A stretch of DNA of 64,000 nucleotides, from NCBI GenBank assembly GCA_964016885.1, contig OZ024741.1, positions 288,424,001-288,488,000 on the forward strand, read 5' to 3'. A program made the position numbers and the translations under genes. Source of the DNA: Eledone cirrhosa (Eukaryota). Position 1 is the stretch's first letter, and each line of letters begins with the position of its first letter. Positions 15,381-27,644 of the stretch are shown here, in pieces. Below the pieces are notes generated by a model, which was not told the DNA's origin, searched no databases, and saw only the letters and a program-made list of their open reading frames with translations.

Positions 15381-18060
15381 CGAAGGAAATGTGGTAAGGA
15401 ACCAGATGGACCATAACGCACCAATACTTAAAGTAGTAGAGTGGGTAACAGGAACAAGTATGACCCCGACGGCAGAGCTCAAGCCGTTTCGACGGCTAAT
15501 GGTGCGTTATGGTCCATCTGGTTCCTTACCACATTTCCTTCGTTAGCTAGCTCCTATTTCTGTAGTAGAGCACTTTCCGACCCTACCACGCCTTATCTAG
15601 ACTTTTCCGCTAAGCTCAAGTTCTTTCACCCACACCATGCGAAAACACAACCTCGACTTCTCTACCGAGAAAACTTCACCTTCGGATGCTCACGCATAAA
15701 ATCGACCTCTTTGCGAAAAGACTAAGATGGAGAACTTTTTTCTACGACAGATATTGCGACAATCAGGACTTCGATACCAAGGAGAGATTTGGATTTAATA
15801 CCTACAAATCTCCCCCTCCGAACCCTATGCTCTCACCCTTCGAGAATGACCTTTTCCAACTGGTCAAGAGCATTAAATTCAAACCCAGACACAACAGTTT
15901 CCTACAAAAACTCCGTAGCAAATTAACAGAGTATGAAAACACAAACGACATCATGGTGCACTCGGACAAAACTGGTAACCTCTACTTCGTCAACCCCGAC
16001 AGATACCACACACTGATCAGGAGCAGCCTAAACTCCACCTATAAAAAGGCTAACCATCGAGATGGACAACAAATTACCTCCAGCCTCGGGGTTGCCGACC
16101 GCACGGAACCCCTAGACCCACGGACTCCCTACTTCACACTGAAGGACCACAAATCAGACTTCGATCGTAGACCATCCATTAGGCTTATAAACCCAACGAA
16201 GTCCGACATAGGGAGAATCAGTAAAAAAAATCCTAGACCGCGTTATACCAAAAGTTAAGCAAAACGCGAGACTTAGCTTATGGGTCAACACCCAGGAAGT
16301 AATCTCATGGTTCAGCAATATGGAGGACAAACGAGACACAAATTTCATCCAGTTTGACATAGAGAGTTACTATGCTTTAATTACCTTACCGCTCCTTACG
16401 GCCGCCTTGGACTTCGCCGAAACACTCCCGCCCATCACCGACCAGGAAAGAAATATCATTCTCCACGCCAGGAAGACTGTCCTACTTTTCGACAACTCCA
16501 AATGGATAAAGAGAGCTCCTGACTCCCCCTTCGACGTCAGTATGGGCGCGACGGATTCGGCTGAGGTCACAGATCTTATAGGATTATTCCTACTATTTAA
16601 ACTCACCGAAAGGTTTCCTGCATTCGGCGGTGGATTGTACCGTGATGATGGGCTCCTTACCCTCAAAGGGTACAACGCCAGTAGTACAGACCTGGTCCGT
16701 AAACAATTAATCAGCTTCTTCCGCGACTGGGGATTTAAAATAACCCTACAAACGTACCTAACCCGAGTACACTTCCTGGACGTTACCCATAACCTCGATA
16801 ATGATCTCTACTACCCATACATGAAACCTAACGACAACCTGCATTACATCCACCGCCGGTCGAACCACCCTAGAAACATCACCAATAACCTGGTTAAAAA
16901 AATCTCCCTCTGCATATCTCGTCTGTCCGCTAATGAGCTGATAGTCGATAAACATGCGCCTTAATACAACCAGGCCCTCAAGCGGAGTGGCTTCCGGGAA
17001 GAAATATCCTATTATCCAGCTTCCATTAGCGGAACCAGCAGGCGACACCGCCACTCACGCAACGTAACGTGGTTCAATCCTCCCCACAATGCCGAGGTTA
17101 CAACACCTGTCGGGAAAATCTTCTTTAGGCTCATCGAAAAACACTTCCCACTACAACACCGCTACCACAACATAATCAACAAAAACACCATTAAACTCTC
17201 CTACAGCACCACACCTAACTTTGCACAAAACATCGTCTCCTCTAACAACAACAAACTCAACCCCTATGGAAGAAATAACCGAGACAGTAGTGGAGAGCCG
17301 ACCAGGAGGTGCAACTGTCCTGATAGATCCTTCTTCCCCCTCAACAACAGATGCCGAGATCGTAATGTGATCTACCAGTGCAACGTGAGGACGGACACCT
17401 CCAACAAAGCTAATATAGGATTAACCGCTTGTGACTTCAAGACCCGGCTCTACCTACACAGACATACTTTCCGAAACCCGACCCGGCGTCACACCACTAC
17501 ATTCTCGGGCCACATCTGGGACCTCAAAGACAATAATATAACATACAATCTCACTTGGAGCTTACTGTCCAGAGCTAACTCTTACACGGGAGGACGCCGT
17601 CCGTGTAACTTATGTTCGGAGGAAACATTACAAATGCTGTTTTCGAAGGACCAACTCCTAAACAAGAAAGACGAACTGGTAACTGCATGCAAACACAGAT
17701 TGCATAGGACTTACCTCACCCTCAAACCCCATAATGACCCGGGTCGGGGGGGGGATAGACAAGGACTGAAACACACCACTTGCCGACTTTGTAAGGGGTA
17801 ATCCCCGCTTACAAAGGTAGACGTAACTTTTGTATATTTCTTTTTTATCTTTTCCTCTATAGTTCCTTCTTCCCCCATCTCTTCCTAGTCCTTCGACCTC
17901 AGATCTCCTTCCTTGTCGTCTCTTTTTATTTCAACTTTTCGCCCACCCCGATGCGGCCCATCGATCCTCGTAGCCTAAGCACCCCGCCCCCCATAATTTT
18001 AAGATAGAATTGGCCGATTACGCTTTTTATAGCAGATAAATTGACCCAGATAATTGCCTT
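15378..18060 (+). mobile_element. Penelope-like element (probably Neptune-type) with inverted 5' pLTR hairpin, inserted after (TA)n
   Basis: Inverted repeat 15378-15423/15501-15545 followed by RT-GIY-YIG coding region; 3' boundary uncertain. Confidence 0.85.
15638..17801 (+). pseudogene. Disrupted PLE polyprotein: reverse transcriptase + GIY-YIG endonuclease
   Basis: ORF pieces 15686..16258, 16320..16964, 17367..17801: KRLRW, SDKTGNLY, QFDIESYY, VSMGA, GLYRDDGL, FLDVT, WFNPP, CNC linker, VIYQC...NIGLT...FKTR, CNLCSEE; frameshifts and stops. Confidence 0.9.
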
Positions 18061-18097
18061 CTTCCTGGTTGCTGCTCCATTTCCGTGATTTCTAAAT

Positions 18098-18478
18098 TTC
18101 TTAGTGGTATTTCTGCATTGGTATTCTTGTATTAGTATTTATTGTATTAGTATTCTGAATTAATATTTCGTATTAGTTTTTTAGTATGTTTGTCCTCAAC
18201 TTATTAACCTGTCATTGTAAGATAGCATTGGCTGATTACTACGAACTATTGCAGTGGTGTTAGAAACCCTGTAAAGATGGCTTTATAAAATTCTTAGTGG
18301 TATTTTTGCTTTAGTATTCTTGGTATTAGTAGGTATTAGCACTCTGAATTAATATTTCGTATTAGTTTTTTAGTATGTTTGTCCTCAATTTATTAACCTG
18401 TCATTGTAAGATAGCATTGGCTGTTTACTACTAACTATTGCAGTGGTGTCAGACCCCCTGTAAAGATGGCTTTATAAA
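18098..18478. repeat. Tandem duplication of a unit of about 190 bp (2 copies)
   Basis: 18098-18290 and 18291-18478 align with scattered differences. Confidence 0.85.
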
Positions 18479-18917
18479 GTGCTTTCACTACAATCCCGTA
18501 TTTAGCATTTTTCTCCACCTATTAAACTTTTCTATAGATTAACAATACCAATGAGAGATTTGGGGATTGTGGGGATGGAATAGTAACCAGAAATTGTTGT
18601 TTTTATATACTAGTTTTTTTAATATATTTATCTTCTCATCTTTATAATGACGTGTTTGTTTACTCCCTTCCGATTTAACTATTTTTCCAAGCTGACAGAG
18701 CTCTGTTTCGCACTTTTTGGTGCTTGTCAAAGCTAAGTACTCCGCCTGTTTGCTGAAAATTAAAGTAAGTGAGACTGTCACTACTACTCTAAAACAATAG
18801 CGTAAGGTCTTCGAAATGCTTTTAATTAAGCATACAGTGTATTGCAAAATACACTATATATACATTCATATATATATCGCTATTTCAGAGCACCAATTCT
18901 CTCTATATATATATATA

Positions 18918-19815
18918 CGAGGTGTGTCAGAAAGGTTCCAGGACTGATGTCACAAAAGATTTATTTCAATCCCAAACTTCACACTAAGAGTTTTCTCCTT
19001 CAAAGTAATCCCCCTGGAGTATGTAACTGTAATCTTAGCTCTCTGCAGCAATCAAACTTTTTTCTTCATAACTTTATATACATGTCCTCTGTTTCAGGTC
19101 GTCAAGCAATGAGCACAGAGCAACGAACAAACTTGAAAACTCCGTCAGAAGCACTGGGATTTCAGTAGCAAGTGTGTGGAGATGAGACGATGTCACGCTC
19201 ACGTGTTTTTGAGTGGTGCAAGAGGTTTAAAGAAGGACGCGAGGACGTGGAAGATGACTCCAGGAGCGGAAGGCCCTCAACAACCAGGACTGAGGTCAAC
19301 GTTGAGCGCGCCAGGCAGATGATGCGTAGCAATCGTCGGCTGACTGTTCGACTGATGGCAAATGAGCTGGGCATGAATCGGGACAGCGTCTGGAAGATTC
19401 TCACCCAAGATTTGGACATGCGGAAAGTCTGCGCGAAGATGGTGCCAAAACTGCTGAACGATGACCAGAAGGGTCGACGCATGCAAGTGTGCTAGGACAT
19501 CCTTGAGCGTCTTGAAAGCGAACCAGACTTGCTAGGGACAGTCATCACCGGTGATGAGTCATGGATCTTCGAGTACGACCCGGAGGGGACTCGTTTTGAA
19601 GACGTGGACGACATCAAAAAAGCCGTGACGACGGAACTGCGGAGGATCCCGGAAGAATCCGTCCAGGATTGCATGCAACCGTGGCAGAAAAGGATGGAAA
19701 AGTGCATTAGACTCCAGGGGGATTACTTTGAAGGAGAAAACTCTTAGCGTGAAGTTTGGGCTTGAAATAAATCTTTTGTGACATCAGTAGTCCTGGAACT
19801 TTTCTGACACACCTC

Positions 19816-19816
<1 letters not shown>
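18918..19816 (+). mobile_element. Internally deleted mariner transposon with TIRs of about 103 bp and TA target sites
   Basis: TIRs 18918-19020 / 19711-19816 (CGAGGTGTGTCAGAAA...); within (TA)n. Confidence 0.92.
19109..19747 (+). pseudogene. Mariner transposase remnant
   Basis: MSTEQRTNLK, VFEWCKRFKEG...SGRPST, AKMVPKLL, VITGDESWIFEYDPE fused directly to GTRFEDVDDIK (second and third catalytic Asp region deleted); internal stops. Confidence 0.9.
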
Positions 19817-19877
<61 letters not shown>

Positions 19878-20016
19878 TATTAGTCGCTCGCCCTGAAAAA
19901 CCTTCTTTAGTCGGGGCAGCTATTTTTCATTATTTGAGCTTGTGTATACTTCTTGTTCCTGTAATTCAGACTCATCAAGCGATATGTGTGTGTGTGTGTG
20001 TGTGTATATATATGTA

Positions 20017-20055
<39 letters not shown>

Positions 20056-20116
20056 ATTCTTACTATCTCACTCAAAAACACGCGCGCATATCCATATCGG
20101 CATACACATACTTACA

Positions 20117-20232
<116 letters not shown>

Positions 20233-20694
20233 TGTATGTATGTGTGTGTGTGTGTGAATGGAGGGTGTGAGAGAGAGATAAAGTTTGTGTGTATGAGTGT
20301 ATATTCGTATATACATATACTACAAATATGTATGCATATATCTTTGTACGTATATACAGTATGTCACACACACATACACATACACACATACATACACACA
20401 CATACACACAATAATCTCTGATGTCTGATGAATGAAACAATTAAGGGTGGTCGTCGTTACTTTGGTAACGATAGTAAAAACCTAATAAAATGAATAATAA
20501 ACTCATTAATTATTTTCATTTGTGTATTTCGGATATCACATGGAACGGTCTCTTGTATCTGTTGTTGCAGATCTTCTTCTATTTTGTCTGCCTGTTTGCC
20601 TGTCTGCCTGTCTCTCTGTCTGTCAACCTGTCTGATGTCGGCATTAAGATTTTATGTATCTACTTGTCTGTCTATTTGTCTCTCTGTCTATTTA

Positions 20695-21818
<1,124 letters not shown>

Positions 21819-21875
21819 TATCTATCTATCTATCTATCTATCTATAGATTCTTTCCTTCCTTCCTTCTTTCTCTC

Positions 21876-21960
<85 letters not shown>

Positions 21961-21973
21961 ATATATATATATA

Positions 21974-22038
<65 letters not shown>

Positions 22039-22459
22039 TAGGTAATTCCGAAGGAAAAGCAAAGGAAAAAAGAGTGCTCTATGTATAGAACAGAGCTATT
22101 TAATTAGAAAGTGAACAACACAAAATATAACTACTCCATTACCAAAGGTTTCTGGATCCCAGACAATAATAATATCTCTGTATATGTGAGTGTGTATGTG
22201 TATGTGCGTGCGCCTACACATACACATACATTTTAAATTACAACCTTTATGAGAAAAAAAATGGTCATGAGTGATTATAAAAACTTATTATTAAGGGAGA
22301 AACCTAAACAAATTAAATTTCCTGAAAATTAAATGAAAATGTTGATATGCGATGGGCTTACTAATATCCCAACTCCTGCGACCCATTTTCTAAGAGAACA
22401 GCTCGGTTACTGGAAGACGTGTCTAAGGACTCTTCCCCAACGGCCCTCACAATAATAAT

Positions 22460-22670
22460 GATTTCTAGTATAGGCACAAGGCCAGTAATTTGGGGGAGGG
22501 GAGAGTCGATTAAATCAACCCCAGTACGTTACTGGTACTTTATTTTATCGACCCCGTAAGGATGAAAGGCAAAGTTAACCTCGGCGGGATTCGAACTCAG
22601 AATATAAAGGGCCATAACTCTATGTCGCTAAGCATGGTGTCTGACGCTCTAGCGATTCTTTCAATCCACC
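22460..22670 (-). mobile_element. tRNA-derived SINE, main family, between TAA repeats
   Basis: Reverse complement matches 9300-9519; B-box GAGTTCGAATCCC. Confidence 0.88.
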
Positions 22671-22747
<77 letters not shown>

Positions 22748-22755
<8 letters not shown>

Positions 22756-23011
22756 GGATTTGGAACTGCCATGAAGTCAAAGTTGTCCCGGTTGTCATAG
22801 GCGCACTAGGTACTATCTCAAAACGTTTCCAGGGATGGTTAAAGAAAATTGGTCCCGCCACGCTTTTTGGAACGCTTCAAAAGGTATGCTTGCTGGGAAC
22901 AGCAAGAACCCTCCGATAAGTCCTGAATATCTGAGGCTGCAGGTAGTGGCTTGATATTCATTTCAACAAACTTTCCAGTTAACTAACATCAATGACTGAG
23001 ACTCAAAGAAC
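22748..23011 (+). mobile_element. Dong/R4-type LINE extreme 3' fragment
   Basis: VKVVPVVIGALGTISK...LQKVCLLGTARTLR resembles the end of 23362..23796; (TAA)n on both sides. Confidence 0.75.
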
Positions 23012-23073
<62 letters not shown>

Positions 23074-23075
<2 letters not shown>

Positions 23076-23392
23076 TTTTCTTTATTAACCACAAGGGTTC
23101 ACATAAAGTAGACATTAAGGACAGTACAGGACAATACAGGACGGTACAAATGGGCATTTCTGCGTGTAAAAAAACAGAGGTTGAAATAAAATAACAAAGA
23201 AAAATTCCCCAATAGGGGGGAGACTTCCGAGGGACATTTGTGGAGAAAGCCCATTAAAAGACCACAGTGGCCCTGACCATCAGGGCAAGTGCCCTCTCCC
23301 AGTTTTCCACCTTTAATTTACAGACACATACTCAGAGAAGGCCCATTCATTCGGGCCATACTTGCTTCTCTCACCCATCTTTCAACAAAATG
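23074..23392 (-). mobile_element. Short 5'-truncated Tx1 LINE copy
   Basis: Near-identical to 23966-24262 but carries an extra segment of about 20 bp in the 3' UTR; (TAA)n on both sides. Confidence 0.9.
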
Positions 23393-23410
23393 TAATAATA
23401 ATAATAATAA

Positions 23411-23936
23411 TACTTGAAAAAGATCACATCTCAATCTTGTGGAACTTTAGCATCCAAACAGACCGAAAAATAGATGCAAATAGACCTGATATAATATTGA
23501 AGGACTTTAAAAAGAGGGTATGCCTGCTAATTGATATGTCTGTTCCAATAGACAAGAATGTATCTATAAAAACATTTGAAAAATTGAGCAAGTATAAGGA
23601 CCTGGAGATAGAAATTGGAAAAATGTGGAAATTGAGAACTAAAACAATACCAGTGGTTGTAGGCGCTCTGGGAATGATACCTAAGGGGTCTAACGACTAC
23701 TTATCGCAAATCCCAGGAAACCCGCGTATAGGAGAAATACAAAAGATAGTACTAATGGGAACTGCCCATATACTAAGGAAGATCCTGTCAATATAAGTAC
23801 ATCACAAGTCTAAACACTAAGGATGCATGTGTGAATATGTATGTTCTTTCTTGAACATGGCGGACCTTGTTGTCTCTTGAGGTCACTGGTTGTGACTTGG
23901 TGATAACTCGTATGAACATAAAGCAAGATAAATGCA

Positions 23937-23938
<2 letters not shown>
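23411..23938 (+). mobile_element. 5'-truncated Dong/R4 LINE (REL endonuclease domain + 3' UTR)
   Basis: ANRPDIILKD...LIDMSVP...EKLSKYKDL (PD-(D/E)xK-type) ending LRKILSI*; near-identical to 30927-31452. Confidence 0.9.
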
Positions 23939-23967
<29 letters not shown>

Positions 23968-24190
23968 TTTTCTTTATTAACCACAAGGGTTCACATAAAG
24001 TAGACATTAAGGATAGTACAGGACAATACAGGACGGTACAAATGGGCATTTCTGCGTGTAAAAAAACAGAGGTTGAAATAAAATAATAGGGGGAGACTTC
24101 CAAGGGACATTTGTGGAGAAAGCCCATTAAAAGACCACAGTGGCCCTGACCACCAGGGCAAGTGCCCTCTCCCAGTTTTCCACCTTTAAT

Positions 24191-27100
24191 TTACAGACAC
24201 ATACTCAGAGAAGGCCCATTCATTCGGGCCATACTTGCTTCTCTCACCCATCTTTCAACAAAATGCTGGGAAGAGAGCACTTCCCTCTCTACCCTGATTT
24301 TCCTTTTCAAATGAAATTTGAAAAAGTTAATCAGGGCATCACCGAAGAGGTAAGTGCTCGTCTTCAGCCCTTTCAAACGTGTCCACCATACTATCTCTTT
24401 CGCCATGGCCACCAGACAGATAAAAACTGCCTGCCCTTCCAGGCTAAAGGAAGGGGGCGGGGCAATCCTCACGATGGACTCAGCTGATAGCCGGATCCGT
24501 CCTACACGTGACAGCAGGTGTTCGACATAAACCCACAAGTCAGCAATGCTCGGACACTGGACGAGTGCGTTCAGGACGGTTTCGTCGCCCTGCGCGCATC
24601 TCGGACATGCCCGGCTGACGGCACCTCCATGCCTGTAGAGTTTATCCCGAACTGGCAAAGCTCCTCGGTAGCACTGCCAGGCCAGGGATTTCTGGAAGTT
24701 GTCCATAGGCCCCGGCCCGAAAGTCCTTCCGAAGAGATTGGCTAGTTGATTTTCGTCGACGCCTAGAGTTTCTCCAAGTACGTCGTCGCTCTTCCCCTCC
24801 ACTAATCCCCTATAGAACGCCAAGGTGGAGTTTCCACCGATCACATTGCCCGATTGGTCGAGGGCTGTGAGCGCCTGAAGACATTCCAGTCTCCAAGCGC
24901 TCCCTCTCGGTCTTCGCTTGACCCAGGACTGCAGCTCCGTCAAGGAGACGAGCTGGGGAAAAACGTGTCTTGCAAATGGCGACCACACCTGATCACCGTC
25001 GAGGAAAAGGTGGAGATGTCGTAGCCTGAGCGCGTGTCTGCGCATCATCAGCCACGGCATGCCCAGCCCTCCACGTAGCGGGTGTTGACAGCAGATGGAC
25101 CGCCTGACCATCGGAGCGCGTCCCTTCCACAAGAAGCGAAAGAGCAAACGCTCCAGCGCAGTCAGGCGGGGCTTAGGACAAGGTACGACGGTCAGGCGGT
25201 AGTAGATGACGGATGCGATGTACGCATTCGCCACCTCCGCTCGACCTTTCAGGGATAGCTTCCTCTCGGCCCATTTCTGGGTGAGAGAAGCCACCCTGCT
25301 CGTCACCTCGTCCCAGTTTTTGTCCGTCTGGAGGTCTGGACCGAACCAGACCCCTAGCAATTTAACCGGTCCGTCCGTCCAGCGCCCGACGACGCTGTTG
25401 GACGGCATGGACCTGCCTCTCCAGGTGCCGAGCTGCAGGCCCACTGACTTTTCGTGGTTGATCATTGCTCCTGTCACCGCTTCGTATTCTCTTAGTGTAG
25501 TGCCGATCGCCTCGATGTGTTTGGCGTTCGACACCACTACGGTGACATCGTCGGCATATGCTGACACGGATCTTCCGCATCCTAGTTCGCGCGGGACCCC
25601 CCTCAACGTCTCCAGTTTGTGCAGTAATAGCTCGAGAGTCAATACGTACAATAGGGAGGAGAGGGGACATCCTTGGCGGACCGAGCGCATGATGTTGAAC
25701 GGTTCCGAAAGGTGACCGTTCACTCTCACTACAGAGCAGATGTCGCTGTGCATGGCAGCGATCCAGCCTCTGAAGACGGGCCTAAAGCCAGCCGCCCTCA
25801 GGACTGCCGCTAGGTAACGATGGTCGACCCTATCGAAGGCTTTCGATTGATCTAAATTGATCAAAGACCCACCCTTGCCAGGTTCCCTAGCTACCCTCTC
25901 TACGATGTATCGCATGAGGTGGAGGTTGTCGTGGATGGATCTGTCGGGAATGGCGCATGTCTGTGCCTTTCCCACCAGACCACCAACGACAAGCGCCAAC
26001 CTCTTTGCTAGCACCTTGGCCAAAATCTTGAACTCTGTGTTTAGCAGAGTTATGGGCCTAACATTATCTATGTTATCCCCCTTGTTCGGATCCTTTCTCA
26101 GCAACGCAACCGCTCCTCGGCTCACAGAGCTGGGAATTCTCCCGTTCTGTTGCCAGTTGCAGTAGACGTCCGCCAAGAGGCCTCCGAACAAGTTTGGCAT
26201 TTGTACGTAAAGTTCATAGGGCAGACCATCCAAACCAGGCGATTTACCCCTTGTGCAACTAGTCATTGCATCCCGTACTTCAGCGGTTGTTATCGGTTTT
26301 TCGCAACACTCCGCCTCAGTGGCCGAAAGCCGCGGCAGTCCGTCGAGGTAGACACTAAAGTCCATCCCTCGATCCGGCCCGCCACTGCCCCCGAACAGTT
26401 GAGCGAAGTGTCGCTGAAAAGCTTCACACATTTGCCCGGGATCGAGTAGCATGCGCCCGTCGTGGTCCACCAAAGACCGGATCGTGGCTTTGTTGCCACG
26501 ACGCGCCTCCGCCACTCGGGCCCATTGAACGGCTTTCGTCCCCTCGTGTCTGAGAGCACGCACCCTAGTTCTGACAACGCAGCCTTCGTGCTTTGCATTG
26601 AAGAATTGGTCAAGGGCCAATTTCGCCGCAAGTACGTCGGTCGCGATGCCTTTGCTAAGCGCCTCATCTAATTTTCTAACTAATTCTCCCTCTGCTCTAT
26701 TTTTCTCTATTGCTAAAGTCTTACTAAACCTAATGGACTCTATTCTAATTGCTCTTTTCAGAGCAAACCACCACTTGTTGTTGACGATGGCCCCCGTCAA
26801 CGCCCGCTTAACTAGTTCGCTAATCCGGTCTCTGTAGGCCTTGCGCGCTGGTAAGGACGCGTTTAGCTTCCAGTAGCCGGGTCCTCGTCTATGAAGCCTA
26901 TCTAAGTCAAGCACACAGATCACGAATTTGTGGTCCGTGTAGCTGACTATCTTGAATTGTGGACAGCCTATGCTAGACCTATCTATTTCCCTACAAAATA
27001 CTCTATCTAGATATGATCTGGATGACCCTATGCGATTTGTCCAAGTCCACATTGGTACATTCGGGAAATCCATTCGGTACCTGTCCGACAGTTCAAAACG

Positions 27101-27610
27101 TCTGAGCAGGTTGGTGAGACTCTTGCACCCTCCTTCCCTATCCACTAATCCCACACAATCCCAGCGTGCATCTAAGATCCCGTTCCAGTCGCCCACTAAC
27201 ACTAAAGAGCGGGACGTTCCAAGAAAGGTCTCCAGACGCCGGAAGAAATCAGGCCGCCCTGCTCCTGTCGGGGCATAGACGGCCACTAACCTGAAAGCTT
27301 GCCCGTCTCCGCTGGTCACGTCCAGCACCACCAACTTACCTTCTGGGTCCAGGAAGATGGCCCGTATGGCAAGATCCAAACCTCTCCGAAAAAGCACAGT
27401 AACTCCTCCCCCCGATCCCGGACGGCTGGGAGATGCGTACACATCGTAGCCGCCGAAGATCGGTGCGAAAGCCTGTGCTTCGGAGATTCTGGTCTCGCTG
27501 ATGGCCACTACATCTATGTTTAGTGACCTGAGGTCGTTGAGCAGGTGGCCCTGCTTCCATGACGACCCCAAGCCACGCGCATTTATGCTGCCTATTCTGA
27601 GTGAGGTCAT
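24191..27610 (-). CDS. Tx1-type ORF2: APE endonuclease + reverse transcriptase + C-terminal zinc knuckle (uninterrupted, 1139 aa)
   Basis: SINARGL, ISETR, VYAP, VGDWN, SYLDRVF, YTDHK (APE); KSPGLDG, RPITLLN, DQSKAFDRV, RQGCPLS, AYADD, LLGVWF (RT); CPRC-x8-N-x4-C. Confidence 0.95.
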   Translation of the reverse strand: MTSLRIGSINARGLGSSWKQGHLLNDLRSLNIDVVAISETRISEAQAFAPIFGGYDVYASPSRPGSGGGVTVLFRRGLDLAIRAIFLDPEGKLVVLDVTSGDGQAFRLVAVYAPTGAGRPDFFRRLETFLGTSRSLVLVGDWNGILDARWDCVGLVDREGGCKSLTNLLRRFELSDRYRMDFPNVPMWTWTNRIGSSRSYLDRVFCREIDRSSIGCPQFKIVSYTDHKFVICVLDLDRLHRRGPGYWKLNASLPARKAYRDRISELVKRALTGAIVNNKWWFALKRAIRIESIRFSKTLAIEKNRAEGELVRKLDEALSKGIATDVLAAKLALDQFFNAKHEGCVVRTRVRALRHEGTKAVQWARVAEARRGNKATIRSLVDHDGRMLLDPGQMCEAFQRHFAQLFGGSGGPDRGMDFSVYLDGLPRLSATEAECCEKPITTAEVRDAMTSCTRGKSPGLDGLPYELYVQMPNLFGGLLADVYCNWQQNGRIPSSVSRGAVALLRKDPNKGDNIDNVRPITLLNTEFKILAKVLAKRLALVVGGLVGKAQTCAIPDRSIHDNLHLMRYIVERVAREPGKGGSLINLDQSKAFDRVDHRYLAAVLRAAGFRPVFRGWIAAMHSDICSVVRVNGHLSEPFNIMRSVRQGCPLSSLLYVLTLELLLHKLETLRGVPRELGCGRSVSAYADDVTVVVSNAKHIEAIGTTLREYEAVTGAMINHEKSVGLQLGTWRGRSMPSNSVVGRWTDGPVKLLGVWFGPDLQTDKNWDEVTSRVASLTQKWAERKLSLKGRAEVANAYIASVIYYRLTVVPCPKPRLTALERLLFRFLWKGRAPMVRRSICCQHPLRGGLGMPWLMMRRHALRLRHLHLFLDGDQVWSPFARHVFPQLVSLTELQSWVKRRPRGSAWRLECLQALTALDQSGNVIGGNSTLAFYRGLVEGKSDDVLGETLGVDENQLANLFGRTFGPGPMDNFQKSLAWQCYRGALPVRDKLYRHGGAVSRACPRCAQGDETVLNALVQCPSIADLWVYVEHLLSRVGRIRLSAESIVRIAPPPSFSLEGQAVFICLVAMAKEIVWWTRLKGLKTSTYLFGDALINFFKFHLKRKIRVEREVLSSQHFVERWVREASMARMNGPSLSMCL

Positions 27611-27644
27611 GTTGAAAAGGAGTGGAAAAGATAGGAAAGACCAC

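Noticed and set aside
18539-18847. Possible host exon on the minus strand
   Set aside because: No recognisable domain and no convincing splice donor; cannot be supported without RNA data
20428-20455. CTGATGA-AT-GAAAC possible hammerhead
   Set aside because: No stem II and no convincing stem I or III
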